A stretch of DNA of 64,000 nucleotides, from NCBI GenBank assembly GCA_963830075.1, contig CAWHLD010000020.1, positions 1 through 64,000 on the forward strand, read 5' to 3'. The position numbers and the translations under genes were made by a program. How positions within the stretch are numbered: the first letter of the stretch is position 1; each line of letters begins with the position of its first letter. Shown piece by piece: positions 8,541 through 17,624 of this stretch. This stretch comes from an uncultured Rubrobacteraceae bacterium (GTDB taxonomy: Bacteria > Actinomycetota > Rubrobacteria > Rubrobacterales > Rubrobacteraceae). Under the pieces are notes generated by a model. That model was not told the DNA's origin and ran no database searches. It saw nothing but the letters and a program-made list of their open reading frames with translations.

Positions 8541-9377
8541 TCACGCCCCGCCCCCCGCCGACGGCTCCGCCCCCGGCGTGGGCGCGTCGAGGAACGGCGG
8601 GACCATCGCCAGCAGCCACTCGGCGCGGTCCAGGACCCCGCTGCCCGGCGGGATAAAGTGGGCGGTCCCGGGGAGCACCACGAGTCGGGACTCGGGGAGG
8701 CCGGCGAGGTCTCCCATGGCCCCGCCCCCGAGCAACCGGAACAGCTCGACGGCGTGTTCGAGGCGGATGGCGTCGGCGTCGCCGACGACGATCATGGTTG
8801 GCGCCTCAATCTCCCGGATGTCTTCGTCTGGCCAGGAGAAGGGCGTCATGTCGAGACGCTTCAGTTTCTCGACCAGCGTCGGAAAGTCCCCGGGGTTGGG
8901 CGCGACCTCTTTGTACGCCGCCTCGAAGGGGGACCCGGCGAACATCTCGGGCGTGATGGACGGGACCATCTCGTGCAGCTCGGGCTGCATGCCGTCGCTC
9001 GTGTAGGAGGCCGAGGCGATCACCAGACTACGCACCGAGCCCGGGTGGCGGATGGCGAGCTGGAGGGCGACCCCGCCGCCCATGCTGTAGCCGAAGGCGT
9101 CGGCCTCGTAGATCCCTAGGTGCCGCAGCAGGGCCGCCACGTCGTCAGCCATCCCCTCATAGGTGATAGGGCGGTCGATATCGGCGGTGCGCCCGTGCCC
9201 CTGCATCTCGGGGACGATCACCCGCCTGCTCTCGGCCAGGCCGGGCAAGATCGGCCCCATGGCGTCAACCGTCATGTAGGCGCCGTGCAGCAGGACCAGC
9301 GGCCGGCCTTCGCCGTGGATCTCGTAGTACATCCTGAGACCGTTCACCTCAGCGTAGTCTCCCTTGGTACCGTTCAT
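8541..9377 (-). CDS. Alpha/beta-fold hydrolase
   Basis: LVLLHGAYMT..., nucleophile elbow GYSMGGGVA, C-terminal His region; start at MNGTKGDYAEVNGLRMYYE. Confidence 0.7.
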   Translation of the reverse strand: MNGTKGDYAEVNGLRMYYEIHGEGRPLVLLHGAYMTVDAMGPILPGLAESRRVIVPEMQGHGRTADIDRPITYEGMADDVAALLRHLGIYEADAFGYSMGGGVALQLAIRHPGSVRSLVIASASYTSDGMQPELHEMVPSITPEMFAGSPFEAAYKEVAPNPGDFPTLVEKLKRLDMTPFSWPDEDIREIEAPTMIVVGDADAIRLEHAVELFRLLGGGAMGDLAGLPESRLVVLPGTAHFIPPGSGVLDRAEWLLAMVPPFLDAPTPGAEPSAGGGA

Positions 9378-9570
9378 CCGTTCCCCTTTCTGGTCACCGC
9401 AGGCGCGACGGGGCTCTCGCTCGTGGCCACCACGGTGTCGCTCACGTTGGCCCTCCTTCGTTGGCCTTTCCCGATCGTCTGGCAGCAGCATACGGTACCT
9501 GGCGGAACATGCACAGGGGAGGTTTGTGCCTACCGAGGTAGGTACGGGTCACGGACCGAGGGCCTTTGTT

Positions 9571-9608
9571 CTGCCGCACTAAGGAAGGTAGTTGCGGCGG
9601 AATGAATC
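9571..9608 (+). repeat. Hairpin repeat family 2, copy 1 (CTGCCGCACTAAGGAAGGTAGTTGCGGCGGAATGAATC)
   Basis: GTTGCGGCGGAATG(A/C)ATC block shared with copies at 11849, 12754, 13208. Confidence 0.6.
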
Positions 9609-9625
9609 AGCGACTGCGCTGCCCA

Positions 9626-10483
9626 TCAAGTTGCGGGTGGCACCATCGCATAGCGCGACGGCTCCAGCTCCATCTGGGCTACTTCGATGAACTGCCTCTT
9701 CCGACTGCCAATCCTGCCCTTATGGCCTATGTGCGGGTCCTTGTAGAAGTTGCCGCTGCCGATGAGCCAGAACAGCTTGTCGACGTTGTAGGGAGTGACG
9801 CCGACGTTGCGTGCCACCCTAGCCACTGCCTTGAACACCTCGTAGTCGCTGGTCCCCCAAGGGCAGAGCCCAAGTCCCTGGAAGATGTCCTTGACGTGAA
9901 CGTCTGGTTTGGAGAAGTTATCGTAGCCTAGCTCCTTTAGGAAGTCACAGGCCAAGGCAAACCCGATCCCCTCTATTTCTTGTGCCACAAGCAGAGGTAG
10001 CGCCGGCCTTGCCCGCTCGTCCTCGTCGAAGAAGTCGACCCACCCGTAGAAGTCTTCGGCAGAGGAGAATCGCGACAGGAACCTGGCACCGGAGAGAATA
10101 GACCTACAGTACCTAGGCCAGATGCTCCTCGGCGTGCTAGGCACGCTGCCCCTGGGTTTGAGTTGGTCCACTATGTCATCTAGGACGCCTTCCCAACCGG
10201 AGTGGTACTTCTCCAATACGCGCAAAGGATCGAAGTCGCACAGCACAGGACCGAGCCTATACACCCCACCGATCGAGCCGCCGATGACACCCGCGTTCAT
10301 GTTGCCGCTCTGCGCCGACTCCAGCATGCGCTCGTAGAGGCCCGCTAAGCTTTCAGGTCGCGGTCTCGAGAGGTGCAGATATTTCTCGATTAGCTCAGGT
10401 GTGATGCCACGTTCTGCTCCTGAGCGCAAGAGAAATTCTTTGGCCAGGGCGTAGGCAGCCCTATCAAGACCCTGTTGACTCAC
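9626..10483 (-). CDS. Hypothetical protein with possible HhH-GPD-like (DNA glycosylase superfamily) helix-hairpin-helix + Asp motif
   Basis: GIGFALACDFLKELGYDNFSKPDVHVKDIF resembles an HhH followed by a G/P-rich loop and Asp; the rest is unassignable. Confidence 0.3.
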   Translation of the reverse strand: MSQQGLDRAAYALAKEFLLRSGAERGITPELIEKYLHLSRPRPESLAGLYERMLESAQSGNMNAGVIGGSIGGVYRLGPVLCDFDPLRVLEKYHSGWEGVLDDIVDQLKPRGSVPSTPRSIWPRYCRSILSGARFLSRFSSAEDFYGWVDFFDEDERARPALPLLVAQEIEGIGFALACDFLKELGYDNFSKPDVHVKDIFQGLGLCPWGTSDYEVFKAVARVARNVGVTPYNVDKLFWLIGSGNFYKDPHIGHKGRIGSRKRQFIEVAQMELEPSRYAMVPPAT

Positions 10484-10536
10484 ATGCGATCACCTAATCC
10501 TGGAGGCATCCTGCCGATGCGCCTCGGAGCCCGACG

Positions 10537-11595
10537 CTAGGCCTCGCCGCTCAGATGTGGCCCGAGGAGCGAGAGGTCGGCCGGTCCCAGCCGGTCTGAG
10601 GCGGTCTTGGCCTGGTGCCAGAAGGGGTAGATCAGCGGCGGGGCGCTCACCTCGTCCAGGCGTCTGCGCTCCGCTTCGGTGAGCTCCAGCTCGGCGGCCC
10701 GGAGGTTGTCGGCCAGCTGTTCGTCGGTACGAGCGCCTATTATGACCGAGGCCACGCCTGCTCGGCCGAGAAGCCACGCGAGGGCCACCTGCGCCGCCGA
10801 TACGCCACGATCCTCCGCGATCTCGACCAGCACGTCTACGGTGTCGTAGAGCTTGTCGGTGTCATAAACGGGAGGCTCGTCCCAGCCCTCCACGTGCCGT
10901 CCCTCCTGGGCATCCCTGTCGCGCCGGTACTTGCCCGACAGCAGGCCACCGGCCAACGGGCTCCACACAAGGATAGGGCACTCCTGATCCACAGCGAGTG
11001 GCACTAACTCGTACTCGGCCTCTCTTGCCTGCAACGTGTAGTGGATCTGCTGGCTGACGTAGCGCTGCAGACCGAGCCTATCGGAGACCCCTAGCGCCTT
11101 CATCAGCTGCCAGCCGGAGTAGTTGGACGATCCCACGTAGCGTACCTTGCCGCTCTTCACGAGGGTGTCCAGCGCCTCCAGGGTCTCCTCCAGCGGGGTG
11201 AGTCCGTCCCATTCGTGGACCTGGTAGAGGTCGATGTGGTCGGTGCCTAGCCTCCTGAGGCTCTCCTCGCACTGGCGGATTATGTGGTGTCGGGAGAGAC
11301 CGGTGTCGTTGGGCCCGTCTCCTACTGACATGCGGACCTTCGTCGCGAGGAGTAGGTCGTCTCGGTGGCCCGCGATCGCCTCCCCCAGTATCTCCTCTGA
11401 CTCGCCCCCAGAGTAGATGTTTGCGGTATCGAAGAGGTTGACCCCCGCCTCAAGGCACATGTCCACCTGCCGCCTTGCTCCGGCAACGTCCGTCGCGCCG
11501 ACCTTGCTAAAGCCCCCCTGCCCCCCGAAGGTCATCGTGCCGAGGGTCAGGGCAGAAACGAACAGACCCGAGCGTCCGAGGCGGCGATACTCCAT
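10537..11595 (-). CDS. Aldo/keto reductase
   Basis: MEYRRLGRSGLFVSALTLGTMTFG, DTANIYSGGESEEILG, HIDLYQVHEWD, VRYVGSSNYSGWQ. Confidence 0.85.
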   Translation of the reverse strand: MEYRRLGRSGLFVSALTLGTMTFGGQGGFSKVGATDVAGARRQVDMCLEAGVNLFDTANIYSGGESEEILGEAIAGHRDDLLLATKVRMSVGDGPNDTGLSRHHIIRQCEESLRRLGTDHIDLYQVHEWDGLTPLEETLEALDTLVKSGKVRYVGSSNYSGWQLMKALGVSDRLGLQRYVSQQIHYTLQAREAEYELVPLAVDQECPILVWSPLAGGLLSGKYRRDRDAQEGRHVEGWDEPPVYDTDKLYDTVDVLVEIAEDRGVSAAQVALAWLLGRAGVASVIIGARTDEQLADNLRAAELELTEAERRRLDEVSAPPLIYPFWHQAKTASDRLGPADLSLLGPHLSGEA

Positions 11596-11848
11596 GGGAT
11601 CCTCCCTACATAATTGAACTATCGAGGTGCATGCTAGCCTAGCACGATGAGGACTCCATTGTGGTGTTGTGGTCGGCTGTCAGAGCCTCCCACCGCTTTC
11701 CCCATGGTGACCCGAATCCGAGCATCATTCAAAGCCACCTTGAAGCCCCTTTAAGTAGCGAGGATCATCCCGAGGGAGGGAAACACCCGCTACCGGCTCT
11801 TGAAGCCATCGAAACGACTCCTACACCTCGTCGCTAACCACTATTGAC

Positions 11849-11892
11849 TATTTCCGCCGCCCCTAGGAAGGGGGTTGCGGCGGAATGAATCG
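11849..11892 (+). repeat. Hairpin repeat family 2, copy 2 (CTATTTCCGCCGCCCCTAGGAAGGGGGTTGCGGCGGAATGAATC)
   Basis: Stem TTCCGCCGC / GCGGCGGAA around a 7-nt loop. Confidence 0.65.
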
Positions 11893-11959
11893 GTCGAGGT
11901 TAGCTGTTCCTGAGCGCAAGAGGCTGGGCCTCGTCTAAACCGGAGAACCCATGATGCGT

Positions 11960-12211
11960 CTATGCAGCGATGTCTTCCCTACCATCCTGACGCTCTCGCC
12001 GCATCCTCCCTAGCGCCTCGGCCAGCGCCTTACTCCGGAGGCCATGTTTCTCCTGAGTAAGCTCGCCGATGGCAAAGTATGCCTCCTGCTCGCGGGCGCA
12101 CGGCCCGCAGAAGGCCACGCCAAGGATCTCCACCTCTGCTCGACGTAGGCAAAGCTGCTCCATCTTACTACGCACCTGACAAGGTCCCAGCTTCGTCGTC
12201 GCCTCGTTCAA
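11960..12211 (-). CDS. Small hypothetical protein (CxxC-containing)
   Basis: ORF directly downstream of HU on the same strand; ..VAFCGPCAREQE..; weak support. Confidence 0.25.
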   Translation of the reverse strand: MNEATTKLGPCQVRSKMEQLCLRRAEVEILGVAFCGPCAREQEAYFAIGELTQEKHGLRSKALAEALGRMRRERQDGREDIAA

Positions 12212-12231
12212 GTGACCCCCTGCCTGGGCTC

Positions 12232-12501
12232 CTAGACCGCCTCTTTGAGGGCGTTGCCCGCGCTGAAGGCTGGAACCTTCTGGGCCGCGATCTTCATCTT
12301 CTGGCCGGTCTGGGGGTTCCTGCCCTCCCTGGCCTTGCGCTCCCGCACGGAGAACTTGCCGAAGCCCGTGATCTGCACCTCCTCGCCGGCCTTGAGCGCC
12401 TCGGTCACGACCTCCTCGAAGGCCGCGAAGTACCTCTGCACTTCCCCGGTGGGCACATCAGTCTCCTCTGCGATCCTCTCGATTAGTTCCTTCTTCTTCA
12501 T
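12232..12501 (-). CDS. hup: HU-family nucleoid-associated DNA-binding protein
   Basis: MKKKELIERIAEETDV...FEEVVTEALKAGEEVQITGFGKFSVRERKAREGRNPQTGQKMKIAAQKVPAFSAG is the canonical HU/IHF fold sequence. Confidence 0.85.
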   Translation of the reverse strand: MKKKELIERIAEETDVPTGEVQRYFAAFEEVVTEALKAGEEVQITGFGKFSVRERKAREGRNPQTGQKMKIAAQKVPAFSAGNALKEAV

Positions 12502-12753
12502 GGTCACCCTTTCTGTGGTCGCACCCGGCCCATTGGCGGGCCTGCTTGGGTTGCTTATCTTCCTGTTTATACGGGAGGCGGAACTCCTTGCCATCCCCTC
12601 GCTCCCGGTGGGTTTGGCGGGCCGGATGTTGTTGGGGCGTGCTGCGGGACACGTACCACATTTGGTGTAGCCGTCTCGGGAAGGTGAACGGGTAGAGCGG
12701 TCCCATCGCTCCTAAAGACTGTTGCTCGCGATGCTCGATGCTAATCGGCCCTA

Positions 12754-12797
12754 CTATTTCCGCCACTCCTAAGAGAGGGAGTTGCGGCGGAATGCAT
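12754..12797 (+). repeat. Hairpin repeat family 2, copy 3 (CTATTTCCGCCACTCCTAAGAGAGGGAGTTGCGGCGGAATGCATC)
   Basis: Same architecture as copy 2. Confidence 0.65.
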
Positions 12798-13016
12798 CCA
12801 TCAAGGGTCAAGGAGACCTTGGCCGCTTCAACAGCGGAGAGGGTATCCGCAACCAGGATGTGTTGGTCTGTTACGCGGCGCATTTCACGTACGACGTTCA
12901 CGAGCGGGAGGTGGGTCACATCGTAGGTCCCGTACTCCGACCGGCTCGGTGGTAGGCTGAGAAGGCACTCCCGTCTCAGTTACTCCGCTCGCTCCGATCA
13001 CGGCACGGAAGGTTAC

Positions 13017-13062
13017 GCCCGCCGTTGTCGCAATCGGCATCGGCCGAGGCGGAGCGATCCAT
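13017..13062 (+). repeat. REP-like family 3, copy c (partial)
   Basis: GCCGTTGTCGCAATCGGCATCGGCCGAGGCGGAGCGATCC. Confidence 0.4.
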
Positions 13063-13207
13063 GCAGGCGCTACATACGAACTTCGGAGAAACTTTCGTTT
13101 CCACGCACTCAGGTGAATAGAGGAAAGGATTTTGCCGAACGTTCTACTTGCACTTGAGGTACTGATAGAGGGCGCTTCATCTTGTAACATTAAGTTTTAT
13201 GTGCAAG

Positions 13208-13233
13208 GGTAGATTAGCGGCGGAATACCCCGC
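13208..13233 (+). repeat. Hairpin repeat family 2, degenerate copy 4
   Basis: GGTAGATTAGCGGCGGAATACCCCGCC. Confidence 0.3.
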
Positions 13234-13647
13234 CATCCTGGATAAGGGCAAACTCGCCGCGAGGCGGGGGCGCAAAGCCTAAGGACCTCGCCTAGCGCAG
13301 GAGGTAGCCGGGCTGCCGGAAGGAAACCATCGTGATCTTCTCACTCACATAAGTAACCAACACGGTACCCAGATACCGGTAGCCCGGTGACATTGCCGCT
13401 CCTCGAAGCCTAGACCCACAGACATACACATGGGGGGAAACCATGAATCTATCTGCTGTTTTGCACCTTGCCGTCCGGGCAAGAAAGAACACACTTGCTT
13501 GCTTGGTGACGGGAGTTGAAGCACCCTTTCACACGTTAGACGTCACTAAGAGGGCTTCTCTCTCGGTTTCGGAGGGGTGGCACGCTTGGGGGCCGGGAGG
13601 ATCTCGATTGCGCCGCGAACGATCGGGAACTGTTGAGGGGGGCTACG

Positions 13648-14766
13648 ATGCGTGAGATCCGAATCGTCTTTGCGGGCGCCGCGCTGGCGGTATTTACGGT
13701 CTGTGTCGCTACGATCTCGGCGGGCGCCCAGGTGACGGGCGACGGGTCATCGGCTCCAGAAGATGGCACGCAGCAGGTTTCGCAGGGGACGGTCACCGGG
13801 GCTTCCCAATCCAAGCTAGACGCGGTCAGCCGCGACGTGGCCGAAGAGGAGCGGCTTCCCGACTACTCACAGGTCGTAGGCGACACCTCGGACAGGCGCT
13901 TCGCCGCTCCTGGATGGCACAAGGGTGCGACCGACGTACTTGCCCACGGCGGCTCCTTCGCCTTCTCGGACGCCGACACAAACGACGCGAAGGATCTGCG
14001 CTTCAGGCTGAAGGTTCCAACCTCTAACGACTACACCCTCTACGCGTGGTGGCCCGACACCGAGGGGAACAGCACGGTCGCCCGCTTCGGCGTGAGCACC
14101 TCCTCGGGGACGAAGTGGACGACGGTCGACCAGACCAGAGACGGCGGCTACTGGGTCCAGATCGGCACCTACGACATGAGGGCCGGCGACTACGACGCCG
14201 TGCGCCTTTCTCCCGGGGACGGCTCGGGCCGGGTTGTCGCCGATGCCGTGGCCCTCGTCAGGGGCGTTGCATCACCGCCGCCCGACGACCTCGCCCCGGT
14301 TGATGGCGGACCGCTGAGCGCCGGCGTCTCCCTGGACATCGACGAGGCCACCTACAGCGCCGCGAGACGCTCGGGTCGCGTCAAAGGGATCCGGCTGGTC
14401 CGCCGTGGCAGAGGTCATATAGGCACCCGCTACCGTCTCTCCCCGCCGGCCCCTTGCATAGCGTACAGGGTGGAAGATTGCTCCTGCTTCACCAAGTTCA
14501 CCCTCAGGCGCTTCAAGTACATACCCGACTCCCCAGTCCGGCAGTTCCAAAACGGGCACAGGGTCAGGTCGAGGTCCAATCTGAAGCGCGGGGATCTGGT
14601 CTTCTTCAAGGAAAGAGGTCGGAATCGTCCCATAACCCACGTGGGAATCTTCAGCGGCAACGGCCGCATCCTCCACGCCTCCGCATACTGGGGCAAGGTC
14701 GTCGAGAAGAAGATGAAGTACATCAGGGGCTACTATGGCGCCAGGCGGATACTCCCGCGCATCTAG
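13648..14766 (+). CDS. Secreted NlpC/P60-family peptidoglycan endopeptidase with N-terminal signal peptide and an N-terminal domain of unknown function
   Basis: Signal peptide MREIRIVFAGAALAVFTVCVATISAGAQV. C-terminus has NlpC/P60 Cys-His-His pattern (IAYRVEDCSCFTKF...ITHVGIF...ILHAS). RBS GAGGGGGG. Confidence 0.7.
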   Translation: MREIRIVFAGAALAVFTVCVATISAGAQVTGDGSSAPEDGTQQVSQGTVTGASQSKLDAVSRDVAEEERLPDYSQVVGDTSDRRFAAPGWHKGATDVLAHGGSFAFSDADTNDAKDLRFRLKVPTSNDYTLYAWWPDTEGNSTVARFGVSTSSGTKWTTVDQTRDGGYWVQIGTYDMRAGDYDAVRLSPGDGSGRVVADAVALVRGVASPPPDDLAPVDGGPLSAGVSLDIDEATYSAARRSGRVKGIRLVRRGRGHIGTRYRLSPPAPCIAYRVEDCSCFTKFTLRRFKYIPDSPVRQFQNGHRVRSRSNLKRGDLVFFKERGRNRPITHVGIFSGNGRILHASAYWGKVVEKKMKYIRGYYGARRILPRI

Positions 14767-14952
14767 CGGCGAGCCTTTCCCGACCCGCGCACGCTTCCCT
14801 TCTGGCCAGCACTGGAGCGCGCATGGGCTTCGGGGTTTCCTTCGAACGCCGGATATGTGGACCACTCGGGTTCTTCGCGGCCTTCCGGAAAGCCAGGGAG
14901 ACGCACAATCCCGACGATACGAGCGCTAGGAGTTAGTGGCTAGAGCGTGACC

Positions 14953-15035
14953 TCCATTACCGATTCGCCGTGTAACCCGATCATCGCCCGGAACGCCAGA
15001 CTCGGCGTTGTCCCAACTAGCGTGGGCCCATTCTC
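14953..15035 (+). repeat. Dispersed repeat family 1, copy D; it abuts and overlaps the start of the methyltransferase fragment
   Basis: CTCCATTACCGATTCG...GGAACGCCAGACTCGGCGTTGTCCCAACTAGCGTGGGCCCA. Confidence 0.7.
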
Positions 15036-15430
15036 ACGAAACACTGCTGTGGGCTAGCAAGGGACACGGATCCCGCCACACCTTCAACTACGACCTTATA
15101 AACAGCAGAAACCCGGACGCCCAGGTCTCCTCCGTCTGGCGCATCCCCGTCGTGCCCATGAGGGAGAAGCTCCACGGCCGCCACCCCACCCAGAAACCCC
15201 TGCGCCTCGTCCGTCGCACCATCCTGGCCTCGACGGGGGAAGGCGACCTCGTCTTCGACCCTTTCTGCGGGTCTGGGACGACGGGGGTGGCGGCCAAGGA
15301 ACTGGGGCGCTTTTTTGTGGGGGCTGAGATGGAGGAGGAGTATGCGGAGCTCGCGGCGCGCAGGATAAAGGCTGCGGTGCGCGGGGGAGCATTAGGAGCG
15401 CTCCCCGACCTTAGCCCCCAGGATGGCTAG
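15008..15430 (+). pseudogene. C-terminal half of a CcrM-like (beta-class, N6_N4_Mtase family) N6-adenine DNA methyltransferase. The N-terminal DPPY half is missing.
   Basis: AHSHETLLWASKGHGSRHTFNYDLI...HPTQKPLRLVRRTILASTGEGDLVFDPFCGSGTTGVAAKELGRFFVGAEMEEEYAELAARRIKAA aligns to CcrM ..[58 protein letters not shown]. No DPPY motif is found upstream. Confidence 0.65.
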
Positions 15431-15473
15431 ATGCTGGGTGCTCCGTCCCTGTCCTCTTGGCGTGTCTCGCCTA

Positions 15474-15929
15474 CTATCCTGGGTTCCTTATCTCGCAGTT
15501 GCTGCGGATGGTGTCATCGCCCCTGTCAAAGAAGACTTTGTCATTCGCGCCTGGTCCGCAATTGACGGTGTCCCCGACGCCGTTCCCTTCCCGCACCCTT
15601 ATGATGTCGTTGCCTTCATCACCCCAGATGAAGTCGAGGTCGGGAGAGTTTTCGTTGTCCGTAATGGAATCGTTGCCCTCATCACCATAGATATTGTCGC
15701 TGACGCCGCCACCGGTAATGATGTCGTTTCCTTCCATGCCGACTATGTTGTGGAGGTTGTCGTCACCGGCAGTAAGCGTGTCGGCGGCCCTGGTTCCCAC
15801 GCAATCGGGAGCAAGTGTTCCACCTGCTCCAACAGCCCCTAGGCAAGTCCTGTTGACCGCGAGAGCCACCCCGCCCGCCATCGCCAAAACCACCACGGCT
15901 ACCACCAGTAGGAGCGCCACCCGTCTCAT
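15474..15929 (-). CDS. Secreted calcium-binding protein with RTX/hemolysin-type GGxGxD repeats
   Basis: Signal peptide MRRVALLLVVAVVVLAMAGGVALA; repeats GMEGNDIITGGGVSDNIYGDEGNDSI...GDEGNDIIRV. Confidence 0.6.
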   Translation of the reverse strand: MRRVALLLVVAVVVLAMAGGVALAVNRTCLGAVGAGGTLAPDCVGTRAADTLTAGDDNLHNIVGMEGNDIITGGGVSDNIYGDEGNDSITDNENSPDLDFIWGDEGNDIIRVREGNGVGDTVNCGPGANDKVFFDRGDDTIRSNCEIRNPG

Positions 15930-16067
15930 CCTCGTTCCCTTCCTTTGGAGCGCGGCACAGTCCCCGCTCTTTGAATGCAACGAATACACTATAGTTACGA
16001 ACCGTACCGGACGTATCACCCAAATAGACGATCTTTCCAGTCGTTTTGGCGGCTCCTTTTCGCGCCT

Positions 16068-16155
16068 GGAACGTCACGCAAAGGGCTACCTGGCAATCCG
16101 CCCCGATAACTGCGTGAAACGCCAGGCTCAGCTTTGTCCTGGCTTGCGCAAATAG
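16068..16155 (+). repeat. Dispersed repeat family 1, copy E (two partial units in tandem)
   Basis: GGAACGTCACGCAAAGGGCTACC...GAAACGCCAGGCTCAGCTTTGTCCTGGCTTGCGCA. Confidence 0.55.
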
Positions 16156-16403
16156 ATGCGACGCTGCCTCCTCGCGAGCTTCACGCTGCACCCAACTGCG
16201 GCTCTGTAGTGCGCGGGTTCGCGTCTCGTGGGCGACCCAACGATCTGCAGAAAATACAGGAAGCCTGGCACTGTGGTAAATCCGCATCCTGCGTATCATT
16301 ATCTACATGAGTGATTGGCAGTTCGCACTGGTAACCTGATTCGGACTGCGCAGTGTAGCAGTACGAGTCGAGCGGTTGGTCATGTGTCTGGAGGACGAGT
16401 TCT

Positions 16404-16673
16404 ATGTGTAGGAACATCAAGACGCTATACAACTTCGAACCCCCGGCAACCGAGGGGGAGATAAATGCCGCTTCCCTGCAATACGTGAGGAAGGTAACCG
16501 GCTTCAACAAGCCGTCCAGGACAAACGAGGCGGCCTTCTACTCCGCGGTCGAAGACATCGCGAGGATCTCCGAGCAGTTGCTCGCCTCGCTCGAAACCAA
16601 GGCACCACCAAAGGACAGGGAGGAAGAGGCGGCCAAGGCGAAGGCCCGCTCGGCCCTACGATTCGGCGGGTGA
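16404..16673 (+). CDS. DUF2277-family small protein
   Basis: N-terminus MCRNIKTLYNFEPPATEGEI..AASLQYVRKVTGF matches the hallmark start of DUF2277 proteins (recalled from memory). Confidence 0.55.
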   Translation: MCRNIKTLYNFEPPATEGEINAASLQYVRKVTGFNKPSRTNEAAFYSAVEDIARISEQLLASLETKAPPKDREEEAAKAKARSALRFGG

Positions 16674-16742
16674 TCTCACCGACCGTCGCCCCACCGGTCA
16701 GCTGGTACCTGTGAGGTCGCCAGGGACGCTTCCTCGAGCCCC

Positions 16743-17576
16743 TTAGCGCTTACCCGCCGCGGCTACCCTGTTCTTGCCCGCCCTCTTGGCCCGGTACAGC
16801 TCATCATCTGCCGTTTCGACGAGTTGCTCCAGGCTCGACACGTCGTTGGTGAGTGCGGCGACGCCTACCGAGACCGTTAAGACACTATCCAAAGGGGAAC
16901 CATTCTCGGTCATGCTCTCGAGCTCGATTCGGTGGCGCACGCGTTCGGCGACCTCGATGGCGTCTTCGATATCTCCGCCCATCAACACGACGAACTCCTC
17001 ACCCCCGTAGCGGGCAACCACATCGTCCGCCCGCGTCGCCTCACGCAGCACGTGTCCAACTCGGCGCAAAGCTTCGTCCCCGCTCCCGTGCCCGTAGAGG
17101 TCATTGTAGGACTTGAAGTCGTCCACATCGAGCACTGCGCAGGCGAGGGGGAGACCGTTTCTCTTGTAGAGTTCTATGCGACGCTCCGCCGCCCGGTGGA
17201 AGAACGATCTACTACCCAGACCGGTCAGGTGATCCATGTTGGCCGCCCTCCGCAAGGAGGAGATTTCCTCTCTCTCCGCCTGGCCCATCAGGTACAAAGC
17301 CAAACCCACGAAGCTTACGGCTATAAGTTCGACGAGGTCCGCGGCGGCGTCCTCTACCGTGCTCAGGCGAGAGAAATCCGCCCACATCTCAGCTATTTGT
17401 GCGGCCACGATCAGGGCAGCGGCGACGATGGAGATCTTTTGGGCGCGCCGGTGCGCGGTGAGCGTCAGCCTGGGCGCTACCCGCAACGCCAGGACGATCA
17501 CGACTATCCCCACGGCGGCGGTGAGTGCGTCGAAGGTGAACTCGAGGATGTGCGGCAGGGTTAGCGCGTTGACCAT
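16743..17576 (-). CDS. Membrane-anchored GGDEF-domain diguanylate cyclase
   Basis: N-terminal TM segments; MDHLTGLGSRSFF...VLDVDDFKSYNDLYGHGSGDEALRRV...RYGGEEFVVLM (GGEEF active site). Confidence 0.8.
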   Translation of the reverse strand: MVNALTLPHILEFTFDALTAAVGIVVIVLALRVAPRLTLTAHRRAQKISIVAAALIVAAQIAEMWADFSRLSTVEDAAADLVELIAVSFVGLALYLMGQAEREEISSLRRAANMDHLTGLGSRSFFHRAAERRIELYKRNGLPLACAVLDVDDFKSYNDLYGHGSGDEALRRVGHVLREATRADDVVARYGGEEFVVLMGGDIEDAIEVAERVRHRIELESMTENGSPLDSVLTVSVGVAALTNDVSSLEQLVETADDELYRAKRAGKNRVAAAGKR

Positions 17577-17624
17577 ATCATCCTGATGTTAGCAATAGTG
17601 CCCGCAAACCGCATACCAGAATCA

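Noticed and set aside
12458-12919. 153-aa ORF upstream of HU on the minus strand
   Set aside because: It overlaps the HU promoter region and hairpin repeat copy 3. Its composition is biased (Arg/Gln/His-rich) and it has no motif; it is likely spurious.
9571-13233. Possible CRISPR array, from recurring short palindromic repeats
   Set aside because: Repeat spacing is 450-2200 bp with protein-coding genes in between. Copies are degenerate. No cas genes are present. This is a REP/hairpin family, not CRISPR.
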